Shown piece after piece: positions 1 to 14,725 of a stretch of 64,000 nt of DNA. Position 1 is the first letter of the stretch. The number at the start of each line of letters is the position of its first letter. The position numbers were made by a program, and so were the translations under genes. The notes below the pieces were generated by a model that ran no database searches, was not told where the DNA came from, and was given only the letters and a program-made list of their open reading frames with translations. The stretch is from Adineta vaga (lineage: Eukaryota; Animalia; Rotifera). The DNA lies in assembly GCA_021613535.1 (NCBI GenBank), contig CP075497.1, positions 1,984,001-2,048,000 of the forward strand. Direction: 5' to 3'.

Positions 1-77
1 TGCCTGACTTACAAACAGACATCGATCATGAAGAATTAACTAATGATGTCGTTCAACAACATATAAGTCAATCTTGA
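1..77 (+). CDS. 3' end of an upstream gene (unidentified)
   Basis: Open frame from position 3 (PDLQTDIDHEELTNDVVQQHISQS*) ending TGA at 75-77, followed by T-rich UTR-like sequence. Confidence 0.45.
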   Translation, partial: PDLQTDIDHEELTNDVVQQHISQS

Positions 78-184
78 ATGTTATTTTCTTTTCTCTTTGT
101 TATTGAATTAGCAAAAAATGAAGATATATATTTGTTATTGTTATAAAATCATTTGTTGATTTTCGTTACTTTTTTTTCTAGATT

Positions 185-901
185 ATGCAATCAGTACATG
201 CGAATACCCATACATCGAAACGGCGTCGTCGTTTTACGACTGAAACATTATTTCGATTGCTTAGTCAAAATAATCGTTTAGATGATTTTCGAGCATATTC
301 AACAACGGAAAATGATCAAACAAGTTCGTATACAAATGGTTTTACATTGGAAAATGATCTTCGGAATATTTGGGAACTTCTTTCTCAAATGATACGTAAA
401 AGACTTCTCAATCATGAACCGTGTTTATTACCTGAACTTGGTGCTTTTGTTCTAATTGATCATCCATCAAAAGATAATCTCCCAATTAAAGAACCATTTT
501 TTGTCTTAGATACAACTTTTGCTCGTCGTCATCGTTTATCACGTATAAAAAAACCTAATCTTTCATCGGCACTTTCTCTTTCACTTCAAGCCAATGGAAA
601 ATCTACACATATCGAACCCAATACAACTTTATCATCATTTAATATGCAAACATTAGATTATGTTTCATTACAAAATCAATCAGGTTTAACACGTGAACAA
701 TTAATGACTGCTATTGCACAGATCTTTGCCATTATTGATAAAGAAATTCATCCCTATGGATTTTGTGATTTAGAATTTCCTCAATTGGGACATTTTCGAA
801 TTTTATTTGGTTTAGCAACATTTGAATTTAGTGAAACATTTTCAACTGAATTTAAATTAACATTTGTGAAAAATGATTCAACAACATCAAATGACAAATA
901 A
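185..901 (+). CDS. CCDC81-like protein (HU-like domains)
   Basis: 238-aa ORF. LPELGAF...EPFFVLDTTFARRHRL and LDYVSL...LTREQL...IFAII...LEFPQLGHFRI...FEF match the two HU-like domains of CCDC81. Splice acceptor (tttttttctag) lies just before the ATG. Confidence 0.65.
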   Translation: MQSVHANTHTSKRRRRFTTETLFRLLSQNNRLDDFRAYSTTENDQTSSYTNGFTLENDLRNIWELLSQMIRKRLLNHEPCLLPELGAFVLIDHPSKDNLPIKEPFFVLDTTFARRHRLSRIKKPNLSSALSLSLQANGKSTHIEPNTTLSSFNMQTLDYVSLQNQSGLTREQLMTAIAQIFAIIDKEIHPYGFCDLEFPQLGHFRILFGLATFEFSETFSTEFKLTFVKNDSTTSNDK

Positions 902-1716
902 TATCGAAAAAAACAAAAAGACATTTTCTTTTAGAATGTCCGGTGATTCTATTTTTTGTTCGTTTTTTTTCTTTGTTGTTGTTGTTGTTGTTGTTCTTGT
1001 TGTCTTTATAATATTATTTTGAGTGTTGTGTCAGATTTTGTTGTTTTGTTTCTTAAATGTATTTTTGGTGTTTCTTTCTTTCTTTGTTTCTATGTAATTA
1101 GAACTTTTATTTGTATTTTGAGAAGTAAATATTTGTATAACATGTATAGTGATCAATAACTAAACTTTACTATCATTGAAGAATACGTTTCATTCTCTGT
1201 ACAATCTAGTGAATAGTTGCCAAAATTCCTAAGGATACATTAAATCTATGAAATTTACGATAGCTCATTCGACCATATTGCTTTTTAGGTGGAAGAAATA
1301 TCTTGGTTTCAGAGGTAAGTAACTTTGGGGGTATGCCATTCGAACTCCGGAGTTGAGGGTGTCTATATCGGCTTGGTTCTCCTTGTCGATTAACGTTACT
1401 GATGTCAAAATATATTCGGATGATAAAAGTGTTGATATTATAGACACTGAATATATTTAAACAACGTGTATCAAATATACATCTTACTGATTGAGATTGA
1501 AAGGATATATTTTTCACGTCTATGTAAAATCTTATTCTAACGACCTCTGATAGATGTCACTCATATAGTCATGAGTTCATAAACTCGTGAATCATTTGTA
1601 TATTTCTCATCATCATCATCATGTTTTTCTATTTATTCATTCGTTGTTGTGATTAATGACAAACTATATTAAATATTCTCAAATTCAAATCTGATTTTTT
1701 TCTGACAATAAACTCA

Positions 1717-2516
1717 ATGATATTTTTCAAGAATCTCTTCTCTTTTCTCTTCATTTTATTTGTTTATTTCAATTGTTCTGTTCAAGGTAATTTTCAATTT
1801 TTATTATTTTTTCATCTACGTTATTTTATCCCTTAGGACAAAATGAAACATTCACTTCAATAGCAACACAAGCAACGACAACAATAAACGATGTATCGAC
1901 AAGTAAAGATCTTGAACAGTAATTTCCTTTTAATGAATCAATATCTTTTAGATAAATCATGTCCTGGTGGTCATATTGATTTTCCAACTTGTACAAAATG
2001 TTCAATGAATTTTGAAAATAAAAATAATCAATGTTTTGAAATAAAAAGTAACTGAAGAATTGATTAAATATTCAATGTGTTCTACTGAAATTATTTTTAT
2101 TAGATAATGTTAATCCACCGCGTCGAAATGGTCGTAATGTTATTTTAATACTTCTTGCTTGTATTTTAACAGGTCTTTTACTTGTTTTAATGTTAATTAT
2201 GTATACACGTTTAAATAATCAACATCGTCGTCGTTTATCATCGAATCCGGCGAATGTTTCTCATATATCTGATTTTCCTTCGAATATCAATAATTTCTTT
2301 CGATCATTTGGTTTTAATAAACGTGGTCGATTTAATTTCTTTTCAATTTCAAATAATAATTCTTCATCAGGACAATATCGTCAACCAGATACATCACGTT
2401 CACATTTAAATGAATATCCTGATGAAGCTTTATTATTTGATGATCCATATGCAGATGGAGGTTATCCCAATTCATCAACAAATCCATATCGATCATTAAC
2501 ATTAGCTGTTACTTAA
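1717..2516 (+). CDS. Small type I membrane protein (signal peptide, Thr-rich and Cys-rich ectodomain, TM, cytoplasmic tail); 4 exons
   Basis: Manual splice: MIFFKNLFSFLFILFVYFNCSVQG | QNETFTSIATQATTT | KSCPGGHIDFPTCTKCSMNF..C | TM VILILLACILTGLLLVLMLIM, continuing into ORF 2190-2516. Introns are GT-AG and about 50 nt. Confidence 0.75.
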
Positions 2517-3946
2517 TTCTATATTGGTTATTTTTGAAATTTAAACGGACAGATTTTATCAATTGAAAACGTAATCTCATTTAAAGTTATTTTATTTTAT
2601 TTTAAAAAAATATATTTAATTTTTTCTTGTTTGCTTTCTATGGTTATTGATCTGTATTAAATACATATTTCTTTATAAACTTTAAATAAATATTCTATTT
2701 AAAATGTGTGTATTTCTTTCATTTAGTCTTCATTATATATTGCTAAACAAGAAAATGACTTCTATGGTAGAACAATGAGAATAATATAGAATGATATAAA
2801 AAGTCTCTAATGAAACACCATATATGGTTCATTTAAAAGTAATTACTACGAGGATATATTTATTTCACAGGTTGACACGTATTGTTATTTGAATAGCTTA
2901 AGTAGAGCTGTTGATTAAATAAAATGACAAAATTATTCAAGTCTCAAATAAAAGAACAAATGTTATAAATAGTAATGTGAACAAATCAAATTTATTTTTG
3001 CACGAATAATGAAGTTGTAATTTAATTATATTTCACTGAAAACTTTAACAATTTCGTAAGACATATATTAGCGACATCTATTAATCATTCTTCGGTATAG
3101 TAAACGTGTTAATGTAAAATATTTTTCTTGTTTACGACGCATATTTCCAATCACTCGTCACTAGAAAAATATGATTGAAACATATTATTTATTATTAAAA
3201 AAACACCCGAAAATCCTATGAGTAATAGGTACATCGTTCAAGGTCTTCAAGCCCTCTTGATACGGTCCATTAAATGAGAGTGGGGATGTAAAAGTTCAGA
3301 AATAAAATAGAATATTTTTTTCGCATTAGCAGTTTTTTTCGGTCCACAGCAAAGGATAATTAAGATGCTTCTTCTTACATACGCGTATAAATAGGTTGTT
3401 TTTCGCTAACGATAACGCCGACACAGAATGATATTAGTATTACCAATAATAATATCTTACAGGAATATATACATAACGATGTGACTTTTGTCGGGTATTA
3501 GAGTCGGAAATGTTTTCCTTCTATTCGAATATCTCGTCCATCGTAAGAAAAGAAACAGAACCGATTATTTTTTTGCTCTTGTCTTCTGATTTATTTATTC
3601 TTGTCGAAATCCAACAGAAAAAAAACAACGAGAGAAATTGTTTGTTGTTAAGAGGTGAGTACTACATGATATTTAGTCGTTGAATAATAAATGAGATAGA
3701 TAATACAGGAAATAGATATTGAAAATAAAGGAAAAAATCATGCAGTGTTTTTTTCCTATTCATCCGCTTTTGTAGTTTGTTTTTCCATTAGAATGATCAG
3801 ATGACGGATTCGAGATTCCACGAGAAAAAAGAGAATATAACTATGAAGATTAAAAGAAACGTGTTTTTCCTTCTCGCTCTTTTTTCTCTTCGTCAAGATC
3901 GTTACTACTAGTATCACTGTTACCATCGCTAACATCTTGTGACAAG

Positions 3947-5986
<2,040 letters not shown>

Positions 5987-6481
5987 ATCTAAGAGACCAA
6001 AAAAAAACAAATCATTGTGATAAAAACGCTTTTTTTTTGCTTTTGTATATGGCGAGAAAAAAAACATACGTACCCGCATTTTTCAATAGATTAACCAAAA
6101 TTTCACATTTTCCTTTTGGTTTTTTTGTATACCTATTCTCATTTCATATAAATATTATAGTTTTGCACGTATTTTAAACTATTTTTTCTCTCAATAAATC
6201 AAACAACAAGTATAAAACTTCTATAAATCTATTCTACAGTCATCAATTATATAAAAATGTTTTCATACAAGGTCACTATGTCTTCATAGATAATTAGAGT
6301 TTAATTAATAAAATCTATTTTCAATGATTACGATGACTGATCAATCCAATCGATAAAATATTTTTTTCTTATCAATGAATAACGGCCATCATGACATTTT
6401 GAAGGTTAATCCATACGTATATAAATACGTAGACAGGTATCTCATTCATATTATATACGGTTAACCGAATAGGTAATCGAA

Positions 6482-6892
6482 ATGTTCTATAACGACATGT
6501 CATATTTATATTCTGATGAATGTTTAACTTCGGCATCACAAGAATTACCATTAAAAGAAACAAAGATATGTACAAATGAGACAATTCGTACTCCAGTAAA
6601 TAGAAGAACAATGACAATGAATCATCGATCAAAACATTTATTATTGTTTAATGATGAAATGTTTAAACGTGATCGAAATCGATTAACAATACGAAAATTA
6701 AGAGAAAAACGACATTCGTTGGAAAGTAATATGTTCAAACAAATGTTTCAATCAGAAGATCTACAATCAGATTTAGAAAATCAATTGAACATATTACAAG
6801 TACAGAAAACGAGTTTAGAAGATGCAATGAACAACAATTTCTCCATGGAAATAACATTAACTTCTGATTTCAATTTTTCAAAGAAATCCTAA
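6482..6892 (+). CDS. bZIP-like protein (divergent basic region plus leucine zipper)
   Basis: KRDRNRLTIRKLREKR resembles the bZIP basic motif (N..R) and is followed by heptad leucines (QSDL, NIL, TSL). Confidence 0.6.
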   Translation: MFYNDMSYLYSDECLTSASQELPLKETKICTNETIRTPVNRRTMTMNHRSKHLLLFNDEMFKRDRNRLTIRKLREKRHSLESNMFKQMFQSEDLQSDLENQLNILQVQKTSLEDAMNNNFSMEITLTSDFNFSKKS

Positions 6893-7280
6893 TTTGTAAT
6901 GATTGTTTAATTATATTGTTATGTTTGAAATAAATGTACAAAGATTATCGAATAATATATTCTGTTATTAATATCAATGAAAAGACTATCTGAGCGAATT
7001 TATGATTTTAATATGATATTATTTTGACGAGATATAAATCTTGAAGAAAAATATGACATATATCCGATAGTTATCTGACCTGAAAGAAAGTACTTAGCGA
7101 GCTTACAATCATTGAAATGATTTGACATCACTGAAATAACGCCCCAAAGCATTTTTTTTCCTGTCGAATTTATCATTTATTTTGAAAATTATAACCTAAA
7201 GAATACATTATTTGATCGTATCACATTTTGAGAATGATAAAATAAGCTTGTATAAATAAGACCTAATTGAATACAATATA

Positions 7281-8191
7281 TCATGTGGTTTGTCTGAATT
7301 CTTTCGGAATGATACAAACAGGAACGTCTTTCATTTTATGTTCATTTGCTCGATGACGTTGTAAATAAATTTCCATTACTTTCTTTTGTCTTTGATTCAT
7401 TTGGTTTTTATGTTCATCTTTATGAGCCATTGCCCATTCAAGTTCATCATAGGTTGCACCGATTTGTGCTTCATCTGTACGCATATCACCAAAGAGACCA
7501 TCCGTCGGTGCTGCTTCGATTATTGAACGGTCAATTTCTAATTCACGTGCGATCGATCGAACTTCTGATTTTAATAAATCACCGATTGGACTTATATCAA
7601 CTCCACCATCGCCTAATTTATCAGATAGTTTCTCAATAAAAATAAAGATGAATCAAATGAATTTACCATATTTAGTAAAGAAACCAACACCAAAATCTTC
7701 AACTTTATTTCCCGTTCCTACTACAAGATGTCCATTGACTTGTGCAAAGTAGTAAAGTGTTAACTAGAGATAGAAATAATCAAAAATTACTTTTTGTTTC
7801 TTCATTCTCTTAAATTTACCATTCGTAATCGAGATTGAACATTTGCTAATGCTAATTCAGTGGTTTCATTGTCTTGTAATTTTGTATAAGTTTGTTTTAA
7901 TTGTTGATAAGCATCTGTTAAATTGACATTTAATGATCGAATTTGTTCATTACCATGTTTATTTTTTAACCAATCAATATGAATCGATTGACTTTTTTCT
8001 TTGGATTTAGAATGATGAATTGGTAATTCAATGGCTAGTAAAGGTAAACCAGTACGAGCACATAAGGTTGAAACAACTGATGAATCAATTCCATTCGAAA
8101 TTCCAACTGTGAAACCTTTAGCACCCGCTTTTTTTACTGCATAATCTTTTAACCATTTGACAATATGATCAACAACTTTGCCTGTTTTCAT
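7281..8191 (-). CDS. nadE: NH3-dependent NAD+ synthetase, bacterial type; 3 exons
   Basis: VGISNGIDSSV, ANVQSRLRM|LTLYYFAQ..LVVGTGNKVEDFGVGFFTKY|GDGGVDISPIGDLLKSEV, APTDGL..DEAQIGATYDELE. No glutaminase domain. Introns at 7764-7819 and 7613-7666. Confidence 0.95.
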
Positions 8192-8704
8192 CTCGATTGT
8201 ATATAGATATCCTTGAGTCTGAAGAAGAAGGGAAAAAAAAGCACGATATTTATTCAGTTTTGTCAATAGAGAAATGAATAAAGTCAGTTTAAGATTTGTC
8301 AATGAATAAAAGAACAGACGTAGCTGTCATAAGGAATGAAAAAACATGAGCAAGCAAGGCCTCAAATCGACTATTGGAAGAGTATTAGGTATACATTAAT
8401 GATAGTTGTCGATAGTATACGTATAATTTTATCATAAACATAAATTATGTGTTAAATTGATTGAATTTCGAAAACATAGCAGTTTATAAGACAACTAAAC
8501 AGTGTGGGTGAGGTTTTAGATGTAAACATTATCTTCAATTCACATTTACACCTTCAAGAGTTTCCTTGTCGGGAATTTCACATTTTTACTTTGTTAGATT
8601 TTATTCGTGAATGAAATGATAAAGCAAGATATCCTTTTTTAAATTAGATTACATACGTGAAAAATTTACAAAGTGATATCAACTATAATTACCGAGACGA
8701 AGTA

Positions 8705-10019
8705 TTTAATTTCCTTTCCATTGTGCTTTTTCGTTTTTCATTAGATCCTCGAATACCTTCATGACGATATTCCGTATCAGTTAATCCTTCACAATATTTC
8801 AATTCAATTGCTTTTGCTTCACCAATCGCTTGTTTGATGCCATTTGATGCAATCTTCATTTCTAATTCTATTCCTTCATTAAATGCTTCTTGAGCATTTC
8901 ATCTTCGTCCTCTAACAGCCATTTGTTATGCTGGTACTGGGCCAACAAAATGAGTAAGTAATTGACTACCTCCACCATCAGGCATAATTCCTCGAGTAAC
9001 TTCAGATAATGCAAATGATGCAGAATTCAAAACCACCAACTAAAAGATCTGATGTTGTTCTATCCATTGTTTCCATCGAATTATACTTTAACGTTCTTGT
9101 AAATCAGCATCTAAACAAAATGATTGTCTTTCATTAGAAACAATGACTGCTCATCGAATATCTTTTGATGTATGAATTCCTTGACAATGAGTAATAAGTT
9201 GTTGTGCAAATTTTGTATTCAAAGATAAATATGTGAATGCTGCATACATGTATTTAAGAAAATCAAAACTATTACAAAGCAAAAAGATGAGGGTGTTGTA
9301 GGAGTGGAATATTGTTGTTTTTTATTGTGTCGATGATAATGACGGAGAGAAATCAAAATTTTTTGTCTTTGGTTGATCGTTCTTCATCATCTTGAACATA
9401 GGATAATTGATGAACACTTGAATCAAGTTTTGCTGCTTCTTTTTCATGTTTTTCATCGGCTTCAACGATTGTCTCTGCATCTTCTTTACTGATTCTACCA
9501 CGATTTTTTAATGTTGTATTCGTAATTGAACAAACTTTTTCTTCAACTTTTGTTTCACCACTTGCTAATTTTTCCCAATATTTTCTTGTTTCATCAATAA
9601 CACGTTGTGCATAAGCACGATCACCATATTGTTCATTAAGTGCAAATTTATTTGGTGGTTTACCAGTTGGAACTTTATAATATTTAAACCAACGACGTGT
9701 TGCTTCAAGTAGACCGGGCAGATGTTTATCAACATCATCGATATCATTGATCTAGAATGAAAGAAAAATATTTCTTTCGAGTCCTCGAAAAATGAAGCTT
9801 TACTTGTGTGGCGAGTTTATCTCGAATATCAATACCGATTAATTTCCAATCCGTTTCTCCTTCATCAATTAAACCAAGTACGCCAACGATCTTAACAGGT
9901 ATAATCGAACCAGTTGCATGAAGAGTTGTACCAATTTCGCAAACATCTAAAGGATCATTATCACCTGTTGTTTTCGTATCTTCATCAACATGATTTGGAT
10001 CTTCCCATGTTTGTGGTAA
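8705..10019. repeat. Direct segmental duplication, copy A (partner 14726-16040)
   Basis: Constant offset of 6021. No differences seen by eye, and ORF translations 9565-9747 and 15586-15768 are identical. Confidence 0.95.
8706..9249 (-). pseudogene. Enoyl-CoA hydratase/crotonase pseudogene, copy A
   Basis: SFCLDADLQER (cf. FCAGADLKE), ASFALSEVTRGIMPDGGGSQ, and TEYRHEGIRGSNEKRK followed after a frameshift by AQWKGN*. Several in-frame stops and deletions. Confidence 0.8.
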
Positions 10020-10182
10020 TGCAGCATCATTTCTTAAATAACTAGAATAAAAAGATATACCATGAAATAGACGGAAATTAAATTTTCGTAGTTTTCTCAA
10101 AGTCTCGACTTTAGTTGGATTTTCTTATGTATAGAAGAAGGGATTGTTATAATTATTTTTGTTCTTACCTATGGTCTATCAT
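9353..10182 (-). pseudogene. 5'-truncated inorganic pyrophosphatase copy (possibly an expressed truncated gene)
   Basis: Contains [22 protein letters not shown] through to the stop at 9353. The N-terminal part is missing and a possible 14-nt first exon lies at 10169-10182. Confidence 0.75.
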
Positions 10183-10989
10183 TCACCCGGCATTCACATG
10201 GTTACAAGTGCGCAACCAGACAGTTGAACCCAAAATTGATGACCCTATAGAAAGTGAGAGAAATCTTTCGAAGTTAAATAATGTAGACAAATATGTAGTT
10301 CAAATCAAAATTATTCTAAAAGGAAATAGGAAAGGTTTAGGCTGAACTAGTGCAGATCAAAAAGATTTTAATCTAAACTGATTTCAGTCTCTTCTATGAC
10401 ATATATATACACAAAAGATATGTATTCTGGAAAAGATGCCTTCAAGAGTAAAAGATATTTTTTTGATTGTTGTCTTAAAATTTCGAAATTCAGCTAGCTT
10501 CATTCTCATAATGATAAAGTTATTCTCTTAGATGCAGATAAAATATCCTATCATAATAATAACAAACTAATTGAAAAATTGCTTTCCATTAAAGCAATGT
10601 TGAGTGCTCGTCGGCTTTGATGTCAAATTTCAAAGTTTAGTTTCAACCCGAAACGTGTTCAACTCTATTCCTATGAACGATCTATCAGCTGGATTTTCAT
10701 ACGGATATTAGTTATCTCCAAAAACTTCACTCTGTGATAAAAGTTTTGTCAGAAAAGTGCCAGAAAACTTGATCTAACATCGTTTTAAATATTACAATGT
10801 ATAGTCAATGACAAAAGTCTTATCATGTCTCTCGAGTTCATTCTAAGGTAAGATTGTTAACGAACAAATCACCATATTCAATAATCTATTTTGAAGTATT
10901 ATCCAAAAATAAACTACGCTGTTCTTTTTAGTTGCAAAAGTAAAGGCAATAACTTTGGCTATTATAGACAAGATATATGTATACATATA

Positions 10990-13587
10990 TGTACTTACAC
11001 GCCAAACAAGAAGAAGACGACACCGACAGACCCTAAAATAAAACAAAAAATAAAAAATATTATGTTATCATGGATTTGTTATAAACATCGAAAGAAATAT
11101 TTAGTTTTCTTTGTCATCTATTTGATAATCAGTCTTTTCCTCACTCACTTCCAAAGCTTTTTATAGAAGAATCTCACTTCTCTCCTTGAATCGATTTCCA
11201 GTAAGAAAAAAGTAATTGAGATCGAATAATTTTGTCCGAAAAAACTATTGCGTCTGAATTAATCCCTTGTAAGACTCAATTACTTAATTCTCTGTCACAA
11301 ATGAAACTTTCTCTGCTTCATATAGTGCCAGGAAAGATATTTAGCAGACTTGTTCAAATCGGAAGAAACAAGCGATTTTCAATAGATATAATGTTGCTAA
11401 AATTCGATAAACTCTCTGCATGAATCGATTTCTTCAGAAATTGGTAAATTCCTATGTCATCTTTCAGCTATAGGTAGTCTTTATCAGTAAAACTCAATAT
11501 AATTCTGCTAATACGAAAGAAAAGGTCGGACCATCTCAAATTGCCATCACATTGTTATTTTTTCACGTGATTGATAAAGTCACATTGATACGATCGACAC
11601 GTATTCCTCAGCTTTAATCAAATTCTGCGGCAAAATTCTTAAGTCAAATACATAGAAGCAAAGATCGTACTAGTGAATAAGTTTGAATGAATGAAATCAA
11701 GAGGGTATCATCGGCTTCTGTCTTTAGAGAGAGATGAATTGATTTAATAGAAGCAATCATTGAAAAAATGCATCCAAAATATGAAGCTAAGTTACAGTTC
11801 ATGCAAATATTTAAGCGTTAACTGATACAACATTTTAAATGAAGTTATTAACGATGAATAAATCACAACAATTACAAAACAGATAATACTGTACCATTAC
11901 TTTGATTTTGACTTTGAAGTTGAAACAGTTTTATTTGTTAAATAACGCCATAGCGTAATAGGCACTTGAAAAAACGGATTGTGGAATGTCCAGCTGGAAG
12001 AACTAGTGTCGTTAGAGAGTAAAGAATCTCTACTTCCACTAGTCACAGGCGTTATGCTTTCGTCATCTGTAGATAATATAATAAAGATTAGTTCTGTCTA
12101 CATGTCTGCCAACTTTTGCAAGATTTTTTCGATTTGCAAAAGTTACACTATACAGCCGTTCATATAAAACATAAAAGCTGATGGTTGATACATTCTTATT
12201 GCGATGCGATAAGCAGAAAGATTTATGTAGTCCTTCGTTTACGTATATTTTAATGATATTTTATGCAATTTCGTGACGCGATGATCTCAAGAATTTCACA
12301 TTAGAAAAAATTGATTGAAGCGCTAGACGAAAGTATCGGGAGTCAATCGATAACATTTGTCATGAAAATCTAATCGTAAAATTCGATTCGCAGAGGATGA
12401 CCAGAAAAAAGACGATTTTGACTTAGAAGTTTTCGAAATAATTAAAGTCAAGTTGTTAAGAAGAAAGTTAGACACGACTTTCGATCAACAAATGCTTCAC
12501 AGTTGATAGAACAGATAATGAAAGATACATGAATGTAAAAAAAGTAATACTCTGTACAATCTATATTGTTCATCTCAGCAAAATTCCGTAGTCGAGTGAA
12601 GCTTGAATACCATCTAGTTCTGAACAGTTATCTCAGATTTTGAAAAAAAAAACTTTTACAAAAATAATTTTCATATCTCGTCAGAGCGTTCTCTACTCAA
12701 AGATGAGGTTGTTTAATCTATTTGATCAAATTAATTGAAGTGAATGCTGATTAATTCTACTACGCGTAGTGTTGTCGCACAGTATATTTTGATGTAAGCA
12801 TCCATCTCTGTGAGACTAAAGTCAAGTAATTATGACTATTATTTCCATTACGTTCACTTTTGTGCAATCTTCTGCAAGTAATCTGAAAAATGAATTGTCC
12901 AGAAATAGGCAAAACACATAAAATCAGCAGTATCATACCATCTTGATTGTTGAAAGAATCTGCTCGCACTTATGCAAAATATCGTGTACGAAAAAGAAAA
13001 TAAACCTTTATCCTCGAAATTCCTTGTCTGATAAAAATTGAATTATTCGGTTTGTAGTTAAAATTAAAAGTCTCCTATCTATCTATATGTATATATATTA
13101 CTTACAATTTGATGATAATGAATTAATTTGTTGATTGAATCTAGATGCTAAATCGACATTTCTGTGCATGGTTCGGGTTCTACTTGAATCGATTGATGAT
13201 AATCGAATACCTTCACGACTGGTGTTCTCTTGGTTTGTCGATTCAACAGGAGCTAGACAGGGTGAAAATAAAGAAATGAAAATTTATGTATAACACATTG
13301 AATGACAACATTTGATTACACTTACATTCACGATCAGATCCATTCATCACTAGAAAATGAATTGGTCGATCATATGTTGTTGATTCTGGAACTGGATCAA
13401 CTGGTGATAAATATTCTCCATCAAAGAAAGCTTTGTGCTTCATTAAAGACACGTTATGTTGATCTTTAATTGAACCTTTCAAATCAACAATACTGGAGAT
13501 ATTTTCACCAGCAATCAATCGATCAGCTTCATATTGATCCACCTTAAACCATACGTGTCGTGATGAGTTTGATAAAGTTGTAAACAT
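10990..13587 (-). pseudogene. Decayed multi-exon gene with a possible ubiquitin-like (Crinkler-header-like) N-terminal domain
   Basis: Exon 13587-13327: VWFKV..IVDLKGSIK..LSPVDPVPESTTYDRPIHF. Further AG/GT-bounded exons at about 13253-13104 and 12066-11901. A long frame near 11100-11460 is interrupted by stops. Confidence 0.4.
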
Positions 13588-14725
13588 CTGAAAAATATAA
13601 ATATGTGTCTTGTTTTATAGCTGTTAAATAGGATAGATTGCATTAGGATTATAGACATTTTTTTACGGTTTCGATTTGACATAAGAATCCATGCTCAAAA
13701 CACGTTTGCCTCTGTTCACGAAATGAGTTTTTATCTCCTTGCAATGTGCGAGAGATGGCGCCATATATTGATCGGTTCACGGATTTATATCATTGTTAAT
13801 TCCGATTCGGATATGGATGGGTCAATGATTATAATAAAACAATAAGATATTATTTATGCATATTCAGAGATATAGAAAAACAAACATTCGCATCCATCGA
13901 TAATTTGAGGGCAGTTGAATAACACTATTTATTTCTCAATCATGATCGTTCTTTTTAGATAAATATTTAAAAGTTCCCTTCTTTGAATAACTATACTCGT
14001 CGTCTATACGCGAGTGCTGTGACAAGTGACTAGTGATAATGGTATTGAATTCATCGTTAATTAAATTTTTGACAGAGTCGATAAAAATTCTTCCTATTCT
14101 AAGCCGTTCAATTAAAGCAACTTACTGTGATGACTTACAAAATAAATAATAATTGATAATTAACAATGATTTCTTTTCCTGAAATGAGACGAAAATCTGT
14201 GTTTATATTCAGAGTGACAACTCGATCAGACATGAGACACCACTTGCTTCTATTTCCAATCTGTTTGTTGTAAATACTAAATATGAACAACAACGAGGAA
14301 ATTTTTCAAAATGATTTTATACAAAATTCTGCAGTTTTCTTCTCCCTAAAGTTTTTTTGTGTTGTGAATTTGAATGACGAACGACGTTCCAATAGTACAC
14401 ATCACTATTTCGTCACAAATGTAATGGTTAATCAAGCTCACATTGTCAATAATAGGTCCCATTTTAATACCGATTGTCGCTGCTTTCCAAAGAGTAGAGA
14501 TGAAAATGTTTTTTTCTGTGCTCTCAATTCCATCACTACCTATTTAACATCTCTATACCCATTAAATGAAGGTTCTTCAGAATCAAGTTCTTTGCTTAAA
14601 TTAAGAACACATTTATAAATACCAGTTTTGATGCATTCGCTACCATAGATTTTTTATTTTCCATTTGTTAAGAGCGATAACTAAAGAATAATACTATAAA
14701 GTGACATAGGTTACAATAATTATTT

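Noticed and set aside
956-1159. Cys-rich 67-aa ORF
   Set aside because: Translation of a (TTG)n microsatellite and T-rich 3' UTR.
1206-1517. Overlapping minus-strand ORFs in a slightly GC-richer patch
   Set aside because: No recognisable motif; possibly a gene remnant, but cannot be supported.
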